From a virus: a DNA stretch of 64,000 nucleotides. The DNA is taken from IMG/VR virus record IMGVR_UViG_3300029267_002434; one strand, 5' to 3'. The notes beneath the pieces are model-generated. The model did no database searches, was not told the DNA's origin, and saw only the letters and a list, made by a program, of their open reading frames with translations. Numbering within the stretch: the first letter of the stretch is position 1; the number at the start of each line of letters is the position of its first letter. Of this stretch, positions 22,332 to 31,154 are shown piece after piece. The translations under genes were made by a program, and so were the position numbers.

Positions 22332-23713
22332 AAGCCAATTATTGTACGCCGCTAATGGTTGAGCCGACTACCCAATATGCGTACCGGTTCTTCCATGAAG
22401 GTATTTTAGCCCTGGCTGACGTGGAGCAAAACGGCATACGCATAGATGTGCCTAAGGCCAAGGAAGCTTACAAACAAGCTGGCAAAGACATAGATCGCCT
22501 TATGGATAAATTGGGAGACCATGAGGCTATGAAAGAGTGGAAGAAACAATACAAAAACAATGTCAATTTTGACTCCGATACCCAATTAAAAAAGGTACTG
22601 AAGAAGTTCGTCGGAGAGGACGTACCGAAGGCCGACGCGGAGACACTGAAGAAACTTGATTATGATAAGAAGTTCATATTAGACTTCATTCAAATCAGAA
22701 AGAAAAAGAAGCTCAGAAATACTTACCTCAACAGTATACTCCGTGAGACAGTAGATGGATGGCTCCATCCGTTCTTTCATCTACATATAGCGCGATCCTT
22801 TCGTTCTTCCTCTTCCGATCCCAACTTCCAGAACATGCCTAGCCGTGACTACGCAATGATGCAGATCGTGCGCTCGGTTATTCTAGGATGGCCTGGCCAC
22901 CACTTGGTCGAGTTGGATTATTCAGGCGTTGAAGTCTCGACCAGCTGTTGGTACCACCAAGACCCTGTGATGTTAGAATACCAAGCGGATCCAATCGCCA
23001 ACGATATGCATGGCGATATGGGCGTTCAGTTATATAAACTGGATACGCTGGATAAACATGATAGTCTTGAGAAACACATCAGAAAGTGTGCTAAGAATTC
23101 CTTCGTGTTTCCTCAATTCTATGGAGATTATTATGTAAAATGCGCGCAGAACCTTTGGGGGGATATCAATAAGTATGATCTCCATCTTCGGGATAATACG
23201 CCTCTCAAGCGGCACTTGTCCTCGAAGGGTATCAAAAACTATAAGCAGTTCGAAAAGCACGTGCAGGAGGTCGAGAAGGATTTTTGGGGTAGGCGCTTTA
23301 AGGTATACCAAGAATGGAAAGACGCAACTTGGGAGAAATATCTCAAGAATGGTTACGTTCAGTACCTAAACGGGTTTGTAGCCTCCGGTATGCTACGATA
23401 TAATCAAGCAACCAACCTCCCCATTCAAGGCCTCGCGTTCCACGCGCTGCTTTGGAGCTTGATTAGAATAAACAATAAACTCAAGGCTGAGGGATGGGAG
23501 TCCCGGATCGTTGGACAAATACATGATTCGATTATCGCTACGGTAGCTCCCCACGAACTACAAGACTTCCTCGGTATGGCTAACAAGGTTATGACCCGCG
23601 ACCTGCCGAAGGAATGGTCTTTTATTAACACGCCTCTGGAAATAGAGGCGGATTGCGCGGAGGTTGATGCGCCATGGAGTACGAAGGAAGAAATCGCCCT
23701 GCCCTCTGTATAG
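22313..23713 (+). CDS. family A DNA polymerase, polymerase domain
   Basis: SDPNFQNMPSR matches PNLQNIP. Motif A is LVELDYSGVEVS, motif B is RKCAKNSFVFPQFYG and motif C is VGQIHDSII. ATG 22313 lies 12 nt after GGAGGA and overlaps the upstream ORF by 19 nt in the -1 frame. Confidence 0.85.
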   Translation: MDRATIEANYCTPLMVEPTTQYAYRFFHEGILALADVEQNGIRIDVPKAKEAYKQAGKDIDRLMDKLGDHEAMKEWKKQYKNNVNFDSDTQLKKVLKKFVGEDVPKADAETLKKLDYDKKFILDFIQIRKKKKLRNTYLNSILRETVDGWLHPFFHLHIARSFRSSSSDPNFQNMPSRDYAMMQIVRSVILGWPGHHLVELDYSGVEVSTSCWYHQDPVMLEYQADPIANDMHGDMGVQLYKLDTLDKHDSLEKHIRKCAKNSFVFPQFYGDYYVKCAQNLWGDINKYDLHLRDNTPLKRHLSSKGIKNYKQFEKHVQEVEKDFWGRRFKVYQEWKDATWEKYLKNGYVQYLNGFVASGMLRYNQATNLPIQGLAFHALLWSLIRINNKLKAEGWESRIVGQIHDSIIATVAPHELQDFLGMANKVMTRDLPKEWSFINTPLEIEADCAEVDAPWSTKEEIALPSV

Positions 23714-23964
23714 GAGGGCCATTGGACGGGCAGTGGAGAGCTGAACAAAGTGAGTTCTTAGAGGTCCCAATATGGAAAGAGCTTCCGTTTGTAAAATTGG
23801 ATCCGCCCCCAGGAGCGATAATAGATGAGGCTACTCCGGCAGTGGAAATCGTTCATTACAAGCGTTACCATTTCGGTCCTTACGCAGATGTATTTGTAGC
23901 CACCGATTTGAAATTCGATGAAGCAATGGATCGATTGCTAAAATACTATCGGCCCATAAAATAA
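23674..23964 (+). CDS. hypothetical small protein (96 aa)
   Basis: Contains a GGPLDGQW motif common in small phage proteins. The start is uncertain because it overlaps the polymerase end by 40 nt. Confidence 0.45.
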   Translation: MEYEGRNRPALCIGGPLDGQWRAEQSEFLEVPIWKELPFVKLDPPPGAIIDEATPAVEIVHYKRYHFGPYADVFVATDLKFDEAMDRLLKYYRPIK

Positions 23965-23995
23965 GGAGGCGCAGAATGGAAGGAGAAGACGAATA

Positions 23996-24316
23996 ATGGG
24001 ATTTATAAGAGAACATGTAGTCAAACGATTGACCCGCAGCTCCAAGTGGCCAAAGGTCCGTAAGGAATATATCAAGAACCATCCGGAGTGCGAAGCTTGT
24101 GGCCGGACAGACGGGCTGGAGGTCCATCATGTTAGACCCTTTCACACACATCCCGAATTGGAGCTGGAGGAATGCAACCTCATGACTCTTTGCGATAAGG
24201 GAATGAAATGCCATTTTACCTTCGGTCATTTAGGGCATTGGAAGTGCTGGAACCCATTGGTAGAGAGCCACGCAGCAGCGTTCATAGCGCGGGTCAAAAA
24301 GAGGAGGTGTTCCTAA
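23996..24316 (+). CDS. HNH endonuclease
   Basis: CEACGRTDGLEVHHVRPFHTHPELELEECNLMTLC...CHFTFGH has the HNH core with flanking Cys pairs. Confidence 0.75.
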   Translation: MGFIREHVVKRLTRSSKWPKVRKEYIKNHPECEACGRTDGLEVHHVRPFHTHPELELEECNLMTLCDKGMKCHFTFGHLGHWKCWNPLVESHAAAFIARVKKRRCS

Positions 24317-24411
24317 TGAAAAACGCAATGATCACAATAGGTCTTTTGGCGTTCAGTGGCTTTATAGCAGTATCGGCAGTGTACGGTATAGTCAGATTCT
24401 TTATGGAGTAA
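24316..24411 (+). CDS. small membrane peptide (31 aa)
   Basis: MKNAMITIGLLAFSGFIAVSAVYGIVRFFME has one TM helix. SD AGAGGAGGTG lies upstream and a TAATG overlap joins it to the HNH stop. The 24208 start in the ORF track would overlap the HNH gene. Confidence 0.45.
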   Translation: MKNAMITIGLLAFSGFIAVSAVYGIVRFFME

Positions 24412-24421
24412 AGGAGGAGTA

Positions 24422-25354
24422 ATGAGTTTATATAACACTTACAGGCCTACTAGCTTAGAGGAAATACAGGGAAATACTAGCGCCAAGCGGTCCCTTTCCA
24501 GTATAATAGAACGTGGCGAGATACCGCACGCTGTGCTACTACAGGGACCAAGGGGATGCGGCAAAACTACCTTGGCACGGATAATGGCGAAGGAACTGAA
24601 ATGCGATACTATTGATCCAGCGCACTCCATGGACTTGCAAGAATTAGACATTGGGAGCTTCGGCGGCGTGGCTGAAGTAAAGTCTCTCAAGCGCAAGGTC
24701 TACCACAAGCCTATGAACGGTCCCGTCAGGGTCTGGATATTAGATGAGGCGCACGGTTTGAAATCAGAACAGGCCCGGAACGCTATGCTCAAGGTCTTGG
24801 AAGAGCCGCCTTCATATGTCTATTTCTTTCTATGCACTACCGATCCGCAGAAGCTCACCGCGACAATCAAGAGCCGGTGTACCCCTATCTCTGTAGGACC
24901 CCTCAATGAGAAACAAACTATCCGTTGGTTAAAGAAGATTTGCCAATTAGAGCAAACGAAAGTGCCTAATTCGGTGCTTCGAGAAGTATATAATGCTTCG
25001 CTAGGGCATCCGAGAGACGCGCTGTCCATACTGGAAACCATTCTAGGATTGGATCCTGAGGACATGGAAGGCGCTGCCCTAGAAGAGGCATCCAAACGGA
25101 ATGCTGGGATTGAACTGGCCCGGGCCATTTGGAAAGGCGAAGATTGGGAGGTGATAGCCTCAATCCTCAAAGGCATAGATGAAGAACCCGAAACAGTTCG
25201 ACGTATTTGTATGGGATATTTCAATACAATCCTTCTGTCGGGGAATGAAGCGGCGGCGGTGGCTATGGAACCTTTTTATGAAAAGAACACCTTCGATTGC
25301 GGAAAGCCCGGGCTTACTATGATGGCTTTCGCCGCATACAAAGACCTTCAGTAG
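24422..25354 (+). CDS. clamp loader AAA+ ATPase (DnaX/RFC small subunit-like)
   Basis: Walker A is LLQGPRGCGKTTLARIMA, Walker B is VWILDEAHGL and sensor 1/SRC is TIKSRCTPISVGPL. Confidence 0.85.
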   Translation: MSLYNTYRPTSLEEIQGNTSAKRSLSSIIERGEIPHAVLLQGPRGCGKTTLARIMAKELKCDTIDPAHSMDLQELDIGSFGGVAEVKSLKRKVYHKPMNGPVRVWILDEAHGLKSEQARNAMLKVLEEPPSYVYFFLCTTDPQKLTATIKSRCTPISVGPLNEKQTIRWLKKICQLEQTKVPNSVLREVYNASLGHPRDALSILETILGLDPEDMEGAALEEASKRNAGIELARAIWKGEDWEVIASILKGIDEEPETVRRICMGYFNTILLSGNEAAAVAMEPFYEKNTFDCGKPGLTMMAFAAYKDLQ

Positions 25355-25364
25355 GAGGTATCTA

Positions 25365-25889
25365 ATGGCTCAATCACTTTCGGAAGCAGAACTCAAGAAA
25401 ACCGTAAACACTTTCAAAGAGACAGGATCCAAAAAGGAGGCGGCAAGAAAGCTGGGTATACGACCTAAAACCGTAACACAGCGTCTCACTACGGCATGCC
25501 GAAAAGGTTTAACTTCCATGTCCGAACTGAGACAAAAGCCGACTCAATCTTGCTCCCTCGGATCCTCCTCTGTTATGAATCGGGAGCAATTTATGACCAA
25601 ATATGACATTAGGACCCGTCAAGAAGCCGCCATCAAAGAAGGCGTTAAGCGCCTTAAAGAAATGGCGAATGATCGACCGGAAGACGACCCCATCCTCGGC
25701 GACCAGGAATTCAAACAGGAGTGCTGTGGAGGAGTATTGTCCCAAGGATTTCGTTCCGTTGCGGAACAAAGGGAATTTCTGCAGTATCAATTCAAGGTCG
25801 GCGAGAAGGTATTTTGGACTACGCCGAGGACAAAGAAGTGGGCCTTGGCCAACGTGAGCAGAGCGAGGGATCTAAATGACGTCACGTAA
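25365..25889 (+). CDS. hypothetical protein with N-terminal HTH
   Basis: GSKKEAARKLGIRPKTVTQRL is HTH-like. No further family recognised. Confidence 0.5.
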   Translation: MAQSLSEAELKKTVNTFKETGSKKEAARKLGIRPKTVTQRLTTACRKGLTSMSELRQKPTQSCSLGSSSVMNREQFMTKYDIRTRQEAAIKEGVKRLKEMANDRPEDDPILGDQEFKQECCGGVLSQGFRSVAEQREFLQYQFKVGEKVFWTTPRTKKWALANVSRARDLNDVT

Positions 25890-26910
25890 TGAGTTCAAGC
25901 ACGAACATGATCCCAATCCGAAAGAAACCGCTTTAAGGAACTATGTTAAGAAGCTGGAGAAGGAGAACTCAGCTCTTAAGCGGCAGATCGGAACAGATGA
26001 ATCGTTATTCGATTGTATCAAATGCGCTCTTCATTCATTCCCACCCCCAGAGAAAGTCAAGTATGACAAGCCTAAACTAGGCCATGACGAAACCCATGCG
26101 GTTCTCGTAACAACTGATCAACATGCAGAGGAAACCGTCTTGGCGGAGGAGATGGAAGGACTTGCTTCATACAACTGGGCTACTTTCTTGGATCGAATGG
26201 ATGCTACCACAAGGAAGGCCTTAGAACTTGTGAACATAGCAAGACAGGCTGGTCCAGTGCGCTACCTGGACATTTTCAGTTTAGGAGATTGGTTCTGCGG
26301 TAAGATCCAACCTCAAGAAGGGGCCTATGCAGTGGAGATGCCTATGCCAGTAGCTGTGCCTTCTGTTGCAAAGGTATTCGCCAAGATGATCGTAGGACTA
26401 TCTGCCCATTTCGAAAAGATCCGGGTACATTGCATATGCGGCAATCATGGCAGGGACGGGAAGAAGCCTGTATTCAAAATGACCGCCGACCGTAACTGGG
26501 ACATGTCGGCGTACCTGATGGCCCAAGCTTTGACAGAGCAATGCGAGAACGTCGAGTGGAATCTCCCACGATCGATTATGACCGTGGTAGATATTATGGG
26601 GTGGAATTGCCTGTTGACTCATAGCGGTGAAGTAAACATGAATAATCGCACTCCATACTACCCGATCGAATCGACTTTTGACATGGAGTACAAAGCCCGA
26701 GCCGGAACTGATAAAGAATTCAAATATGTATTTACCGGCCACTGGCACCACCGCGCAGTGCTCGACGATTCTATCTTTCTGTGCCCTAGCATGATCGGCC
26801 CAAGTCAGTTTAGCAGGTTCAAACTGCACAAAAGAGCAGCCCCCGCGCAGCTACTTGGGTTCTTCTCTGAAAAGCTAGGCCTGATTGAGGAGCGGAAGAT
26901 TATGCTATAA
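25876..26910 (+). CDS. calcineurin-like metallophosphoesterase
   Basis: Ordered motifs are VTTDQHAEE (DxH), SLGDWFCG (GD), CGNHGRD (GNH), LTHSGE and TGHWHH (GHxH). Confidence 0.7.
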   Translation: MTSRNEFKHEHDPNPKETALRNYVKKLEKENSALKRQIGTDESLFDCIKCALHSFPPPEKVKYDKPKLGHDETHAVLVTTDQHAEETVLAEEMEGLASYNWATFLDRMDATTRKALELVNIARQAGPVRYLDIFSLGDWFCGKIQPQEGAYAVEMPMPVAVPSVAKVFAKMIVGLSAHFEKIRVHCICGNHGRDGKKPVFKMTADRNWDMSAYLMAQALTEQCENVEWNLPRSIMTVVDIMGWNCLLTHSGEVNMNNRTPYYPIESTFDMEYKARAGTDKEFKYVFTGHWHHRAVLDDSIFLCPSMIGPSQFSRFKLHKRAAPAQLLGFFSEKLGLIEERKIML

Positions 26911-26916
26911 GGGGTC

Positions 26917-27003
26917 TTTTTATCCTTAAAAATAAAGATTTCCTTTATTAAAAACCATTTTATAGCCCTAGTTCAAGACTGGCTAGGGCTATATTTATGG
27001 GCG
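26917..27003 (+). repeat. 87-nt intergenic element, copy B
   Basis: See copy A. The hairpin is ATAGCCCTAG/CTAGGGCTAT. The internal ATG (26997) runs into TAA after 6 codons, confirming that the element is non-coding. SD+ATG follows at 27018. Confidence 0.75.
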
Positions 27004-27017
27004 AAGGGGGAAAGTAA

Positions 27018-27560
27018 ATGGAAGGCCGCGAATTAAATTACCATAAAGATATCAAGATCGATCCCGACGCGCTGGACGTGGAATGGTTAGATCAACCAGA
27101 CCTCCTTTTGGATTACTCTCTGGCGCAAGATCAAGCTGGGAAAGAACGGGATGCGAAAAAGGTTGAGTTAGAGAAAGCAGAGCGGCACTTGAAAGAGGAA
27201 AAGGCCCGGATTGCTTTGGATATGAAGAAAAACCCGGAAGACTACGATCTTCCTAAAACCAGCGACTCTACCATAGAAGATGCCGTCACTATAGATCCTG
27301 ATTACAAAACAGCCAAGGATGCATACTTCAAAGCGCTGGAGGCCTTCAACGAAGCGAAGGATAACTTCAATCGGATATACTCCGCTACCAAGTCCATAGA
27401 AGGCAGAAAAGCCTCTCTCGAGAACCTAGTCAAGCTTCTCGGCCAGCGGTACTTCGCCGCTCCTAATGCGGAGAGGAACTTGAAAGACGAACACTACAAA
27501 CGGACTGCCCAGACCAAGAAGATGGCGAGAGAAAAGATCAAAGCGCGGAGGACTAAATGA
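27018..27560 (+). CDS. hypothetical coiled-coil protein; possible recombination mediator (UvsY-like by position and layout only)
   Basis: Helical and charged. It lies immediately upstream of the gp32-like SSB and RecA-like genes. No motif-level proof. Confidence 0.3.
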   Translation: MEGRELNYHKDIKIDPDALDVEWLDQPDLLLDYSLAQDQAGKERDAKKVELEKAERHLKEEKARIALDMKKNPEDYDLPKTSDSTIEDAVTIDPDYKTAKDAYFKALEAFNEAKDNFNRIYSATKSIEGRKASLENLVKLLGQRYFAAPNAERNLKDEHYKRTAQTKKMAREKIKARRTK

Positions 27561-27751
27561 ATTGGTACCACTGGGCGCTACTAGCGGTGGCATTGTTATT
27601 CTTTATACCAGCTGTAGTGCATATGTGTATGTTTATGGGGGCCACCGGCTTTTACAAAGCCAAGTCCCAATACGTTAAGGACTTTTTAAAAGGAGGAGTG
27701 AGTCATGGGGAAGATGAGCGCAAGAACAAAGAAGAGAGCCCAAGAGAATAA
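27557..27751 (+). CDS. small membrane protein (64 aa)
   Basis: ATGA overlap with the upstream gene. The N-terminal TM segments are WALLAVALLFFIPAVVHMCMFMGATGF. Confidence 0.4.
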   Translation: MNWYHWALLAVALLFFIPAVVHMCMFMGATGFYKAKSQYVKDFLKGGVSHGEDERKNKEESPRE

Positions 27752-28679
27752 AAACAAAGGGGCTGCCAACACATTCAAGCTGCCTGACGGCGCTGAAATG
27801 TACAAACCAAAAAAGGGAACGAAGTCTATCGATATCATACCATACACGGTGACTATCGATAACCATCCCGACGCGGAGAAAGGCGAGCAATGGTGGGAAC
27901 GCACTTACTTTGTACACTTCAATATTGGACCGGAAGAAAAGCCAAGGATCTGTCCAAAGACTTTCGGCAAGCCCTGTCCGATTTGCGAAGAGCGGAAAGA
28001 TTTGATGCGAGAGGATGATGAAGCAAACCAAGACCTCATCGACGAACTCAAGCCCAAGGAGCGCGTACTGTACAATATCATCGATCTTTCCGATCAGGAC
28101 AAGGGCGTTCAGCTCATGGATATGTCCTACTTCTTATTCGGAAAGCAGTTGGACGAAGAGATTCGCGAAGGCGATGACGAAGTAGCCGATTTCGCCGAGC
28201 TGAAAGGCGGCAAGACCCTCAAGGTCCGATGGGCTGAAAGATCATTGGGAACGAACACATTCGTCGATGCTTCCCGTATCGACTTCAAAGATCGGAAAGA
28301 CTACGATGACGACATCTTGGACGATTCGTTCGACTTGGACAATATCCTGATCGTTCGGAGTTATGAAGAACTCCAGGCCGAACTTCACGGTACTGAAGCG
28401 CCGCCGGAGGAGTCCGATGGCAAAAAGGAAGACAAGAGCGACGATGACGGCGACGATGACGGCGATGATGACGAAGAGGCCAAGAAAAAAGAAGAGATCA
28501 AGAAAGAGCGCGAACGCCGCCGAGCTGAGAAAGCTGCGAAGGCAGAGAAAGAAAAGGGCGACGATAAAGACAAATGCCCCCACGGCCACAAGTTCGGAGC
28601 AGACACCGATGATTACAACGAGTGCGATGACTGCGACCTCTGGGTAGAGTGCGACGACGCAAAAGAACAAAACAGCTAA
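27705..28679 (+). CDS. ssDNA-binding protein, T4 gp32-like, with acidic tract and C-terminal Cys cluster
   Basis: The layout follows gp32: SIDIIPY, the Zn site VHFN...CPKTFGKPCPICEE, KERVLYNIIDL and GGKTLKVRW. It then has the acidic run DDDGDDDGDDDEE and a terminal CPHGH...CDDCDLWVEC. Confidence 0.55.
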   Translation: MGKMSARTKKRAQENKNKGAANTFKLPDGAEMYKPKKGTKSIDIIPYTVTIDNHPDAEKGEQWWERTYFVHFNIGPEEKPRICPKTFGKPCPICEERKDLMREDDEANQDLIDELKPKERVLYNIIDLSDQDKGVQLMDMSYFLFGKQLDEEIREGDDEVADFAELKGGKTLKVRWAERSLGTNTFVDASRIDFKDRKDYDDDILDDSFDLDNILIVRSYEELQAELHGTEAPPEESDGKKEDKSDDDGDDDGDDDEEAKKKEEIKKERERRRAEKAAKAEKEKGDDKDKCPHGHKFGADTDDYNECDDCDLWVECDDAKEQNS

Positions 28680-28686
28680 ACCGGTT

Positions 28687-28773
28687 GCCCCCTCCTTAAT
28701 ACAATAGGAGGAAAGCCATTGTGGCCAATCCCGACTGAGCCTAAGACACAACAATTAGGGAGGGGGCTTTTTT
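28687..28773 (+). terminator. rho-independent-terminator-like structure with 14-bp stem, 53-nt loop and T6 tract
   Basis: GCCCCCTCCTTAAT (28687-28700) pairs with ATTAGGGAGGGGGC (28754-28767), including one G-U. TTTTTT follows at 28768-28773. A competing local hairpin is CCTCCT (28691-28696) / AGGAGG (28706-28711). Confidence 0.6.
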
Positions 28774-28786
28774 CAAAGGAGAAAAT

Positions 28787-29920
28787 ATGGGTAGGACAAC
28801 TAAAAAAACCAAGACCGAGAAGCTGGCAGAGCAAGTCGATTCGTTCGAGCCCGAAGTCAATGACGACGATGACCGGGACGCAAAAGACCCCAACAACTTT
28901 ATCCCTACCGGCTCTATTATGCTTAACCTCGGCCTATCTGATATGTGGAACGGCGGTTGGATGAAAGGCCGAATGCACCAGCTAATCGGAGACTCTTCCA
29001 CTGGGAAGACTCTCGTGGCTGTGACTACCCTGGCCTGTATGACCCAAGAGAAGCGATTCGATAATTATCGTTTGATATTCGACGATATTGAAAGGGGATG
29101 CGGCTTCGACATAACTGATGTGTCTAAACGACTGGCTGAACGGATAGAGCCCCCTAGAGAACCGACTGAAGAAGACGATGGGTATTCTGACAGCATCGAA
29201 GACTTCTGGGACAATATTACCAATGCAATCGAGGACGGTCGGCCCTTTGTTTACATAGTGGACTCTTGGGACTCATTGGACTCACTGGATGATAAGAAGA
29301 AATTAGCCCAACAGAAAAAAGACCGGGAGGAGGGCAAAGAAACCAAAGGCTCTTATGGAGGAGCCAAGCCCAAGAAAGCCTCCGAGTTGCTTCGAAACAT
29401 CAAATCATCAATTAAGAAAACCGATTCTATTTTGATTATCATATCTCAAACCCGAGAAAGCATGGATACCTTCTCCTTTGAGAAACGATATGTGGCGGGA
29501 GGCAAAGCCATTAGGTTTTACAGCTGGAGCCGAATGTGGCTAGTATGGGCTGGTAAGATTACCAGGGGCTCCGACAAAAAGAAGGTACAGATCGGCGGTC
29601 GGTCCCTCATCGATATAGACAAAAACCGGACCACCGGAAAGAAACGCAAAGTCCCTATGGCTATCTATGATGAGTTTGGATTAGACGATTTGGGACCAAC
29701 GATCGATTTTATGGTGGAGTGGAGTGAGAAATGGAAGAAATCTAAAGCCTCTATCAAGTGCCCTAAAACATTTCTGGACGGAGCCACCATGTCTAGGACC
29801 AAGCTCATTGAGACCATCGAAGCAAAGGGATTGGAAAAAGAACTGGCCAAGCACGCCCAAAAGGCATGGAACGAGCGGGAAGCGTCCTTGAAATTGAATA
29901 GGAAAAAGAGGTTTCACTAA
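28787..29920 (+). CDS. RecA/UvsX-like recombinase
   Basis: IPTGSIMLNLGLS..GGWMKGRMHQLIGDSSTGKTLVAV parallels RecA [37 protein letters not shown]. Walker B-like is PFVYIVDSWDSL. Confidence 0.8.
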   Translation: MGRTTKKTKTEKLAEQVDSFEPEVNDDDDRDAKDPNNFIPTGSIMLNLGLSDMWNGGWMKGRMHQLIGDSSTGKTLVAVTTLACMTQEKRFDNYRLIFDDIERGCGFDITDVSKRLAERIEPPREPTEEDDGYSDSIEDFWDNITNAIEDGRPFVYIVDSWDSLDSLDDKKKLAQQKKDREEGKETKGSYGGAKPKKASELLRNIKSSIKKTDSILIIISQTRESMDTFSFEKRYVAGGKAIRFYSWSRMWLVWAGKITRGSDKKKVQIGGRSLIDIDKNRTTGKKRKVPMAIYDEFGLDDLGPTIDFMVEWSEKWKKSKASIKCPKTFLDGATMSRTKLIETIEAKGLEKELAKHAQKAWNEREASLKLNRKKRFH

Positions 29921-30783
29921 TGAAAATAGTAGTGTTGGATTCTAACTACCTTTGTTACAGGGCGCTTCATACTACTGGAGGGCTTTCGTATAAAAACATC
30001 AAAACCGGCGTGATATATGGGTTCTTAAACCAACTTCTTACTATCGCAGGGCAGACCCGTCCTGATTCAGTAGTATTCGCTTGGGACTCCCGGCAATCCA
30101 AACGCCGGGAGATCTGCCCTTCCTACAAAAACCGTAAACATCGGAGCGATCCTGTAGAAGCAGAGGAGATGCGAGATGTATTCAAGCAATTCCGCACTCT
30201 CAGGAAGGAAGTAATTCCTAATATTGGCTTCGATGATATCTTCAAATTCCGGGGCCTCGAGGCTGATGATATCATAGCCCAGATGGTAATGGATGAACGG
30301 TACAAGGATCATGAGTTCACTGTAGTCACTGGCGATGACGATCTTCTTCAGCTCCTCGACTACTGTCGGATCTACCACCCTATGAAATTGGAATGGAAGG
30401 ACCGGGATTGGTTTATCAAGTCCTATGGCATCGTCCCGCAGAAATGGACTATGGTCAAGCAAATGGCCGGTTGTACATCAGACAACGTAAAAGGGATCTC
30501 CGGGGTAGGTGAGAAGAAAGCGATCCAGTACCTGACCGGGAAGATGAGCCCTAACTCCAAGATATACAGTCGTATTGAATCTAAGGAAAGTCAGTTTATT
30601 ATCAATCGCAACAAAGAGTTGGTTTGCCTTCCTTTCAAAGGAACGCCCAAAGTAGACCTGAGCGAATCAGAGGTACGAGTCCATATGCGGAGACTGAGAA
30701 GGATCTGTAAGGAATTAGGAATACGAACGCTAATCAGTCCTGATAAGCATGATGAATGGGAAGCTTATCTAAACGGAGAATGA
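29920..30783 (+). CDS. 5'-3' exonuclease / flap endonuclease (PIN-like + H3TH)
   Basis: VVLDSNYLCYRA, VVFAWDS, YKNRK, GLEADDIIAQ, VVTGDDDLLQL and SDNVKGISGVGEKKAIQYL. Confidence 0.85.
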   Translation: MKIVVLDSNYLCYRALHTTGGLSYKNIKTGVIYGFLNQLLTIAGQTRPDSVVFAWDSRQSKRREICPSYKNRKHRSDPVEAEEMRDVFKQFRTLRKEVIPNIGFDDIFKFRGLEADDIIAQMVMDERYKDHEFTVVTGDDDLLQLLDYCRIYHPMKLEWKDRDWFIKSYGIVPQKWTMVKQMAGCTSDNVKGISGVGEKKAIQYLTGKMSPNSKIYSRIESKESQFIINRNKELVCLPFKGTPKVDLSESEVRVHMRRLRRICKELGIRTLISPDKHDEWEAYLNGE

Positions 30784-30784
30784 T

Positions 30785-30946
30785 ATGATAATGCCTTGGG
30801 GAAAATACAAAGGACAGGATCTTGAAAAGGTTCCGTCTGGGTATCTTCGGTGGTTGTCGCTTAATTGTGAGGATGACGAGATTGCCACCGCTGCTGATGA
30901 AGAATACAGGTGGCGCACCGATATGAATGCGCACTTCAGCGATTAG
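30785..30946 (+). CDS. DUF3820-like small protein (53 aa), not in the ORF track
   Basis: Hand-translated: MIMPWGKYKGQDLEKVPSGYLRWLSLNCEDDEIATAADEEYRWRTDMNAHFSD. The PxGKYKGxxLxxVPxxYLxWL signature is present. Confidence 0.55.
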   Translation: MIMPWGKYKGQDLEKVPSGYLRWLSLNCEDDEIATAADEEYRWRTDMNAHFSD

Positions 30947-30961
30947 GAGGATAGGCCACCA

Positions 30962-31153
30962 ATGTGGGAGTTATATTATTATTTTTGGAAAGCATGGGCA
31001 AGGCGGAAGAAGTTTAAATGTATTGAATTCTATCTCTACCGTACCGCCATGTGGGTTCTGACCGCTAAAAAGCACTTCAATAGGAGAAATTATCCTATGA
31101 TGCGACAAGCTGTTTGGTGCGCGTTTACTCCAAGCGGTTTATGGAGATTATAA
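30962..31153 (+). CDS. hypothetical small aromatic/basic protein (63 aa)
   Basis: ORF fills the gap and is co-oriented with its neighbours. No family recognised. Confidence 0.35.
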   Translation: MWELYYYFWKAWARRKKFKCIEFYLYRTAMWVLTAKKHFNRRNYPMMRQAVWCAFTPSGLWRL

Positions 31154-31154
31154 A

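Noticed and set aside
28719-28964. 81-aa ORF with a TTG start 7 nt after AGGAGG
   Set aside because: It overlaps the RecA-like gene in another frame and starts inside the terminator-like loop. The AGGAGG is better explained as the alternative-hairpin partner.
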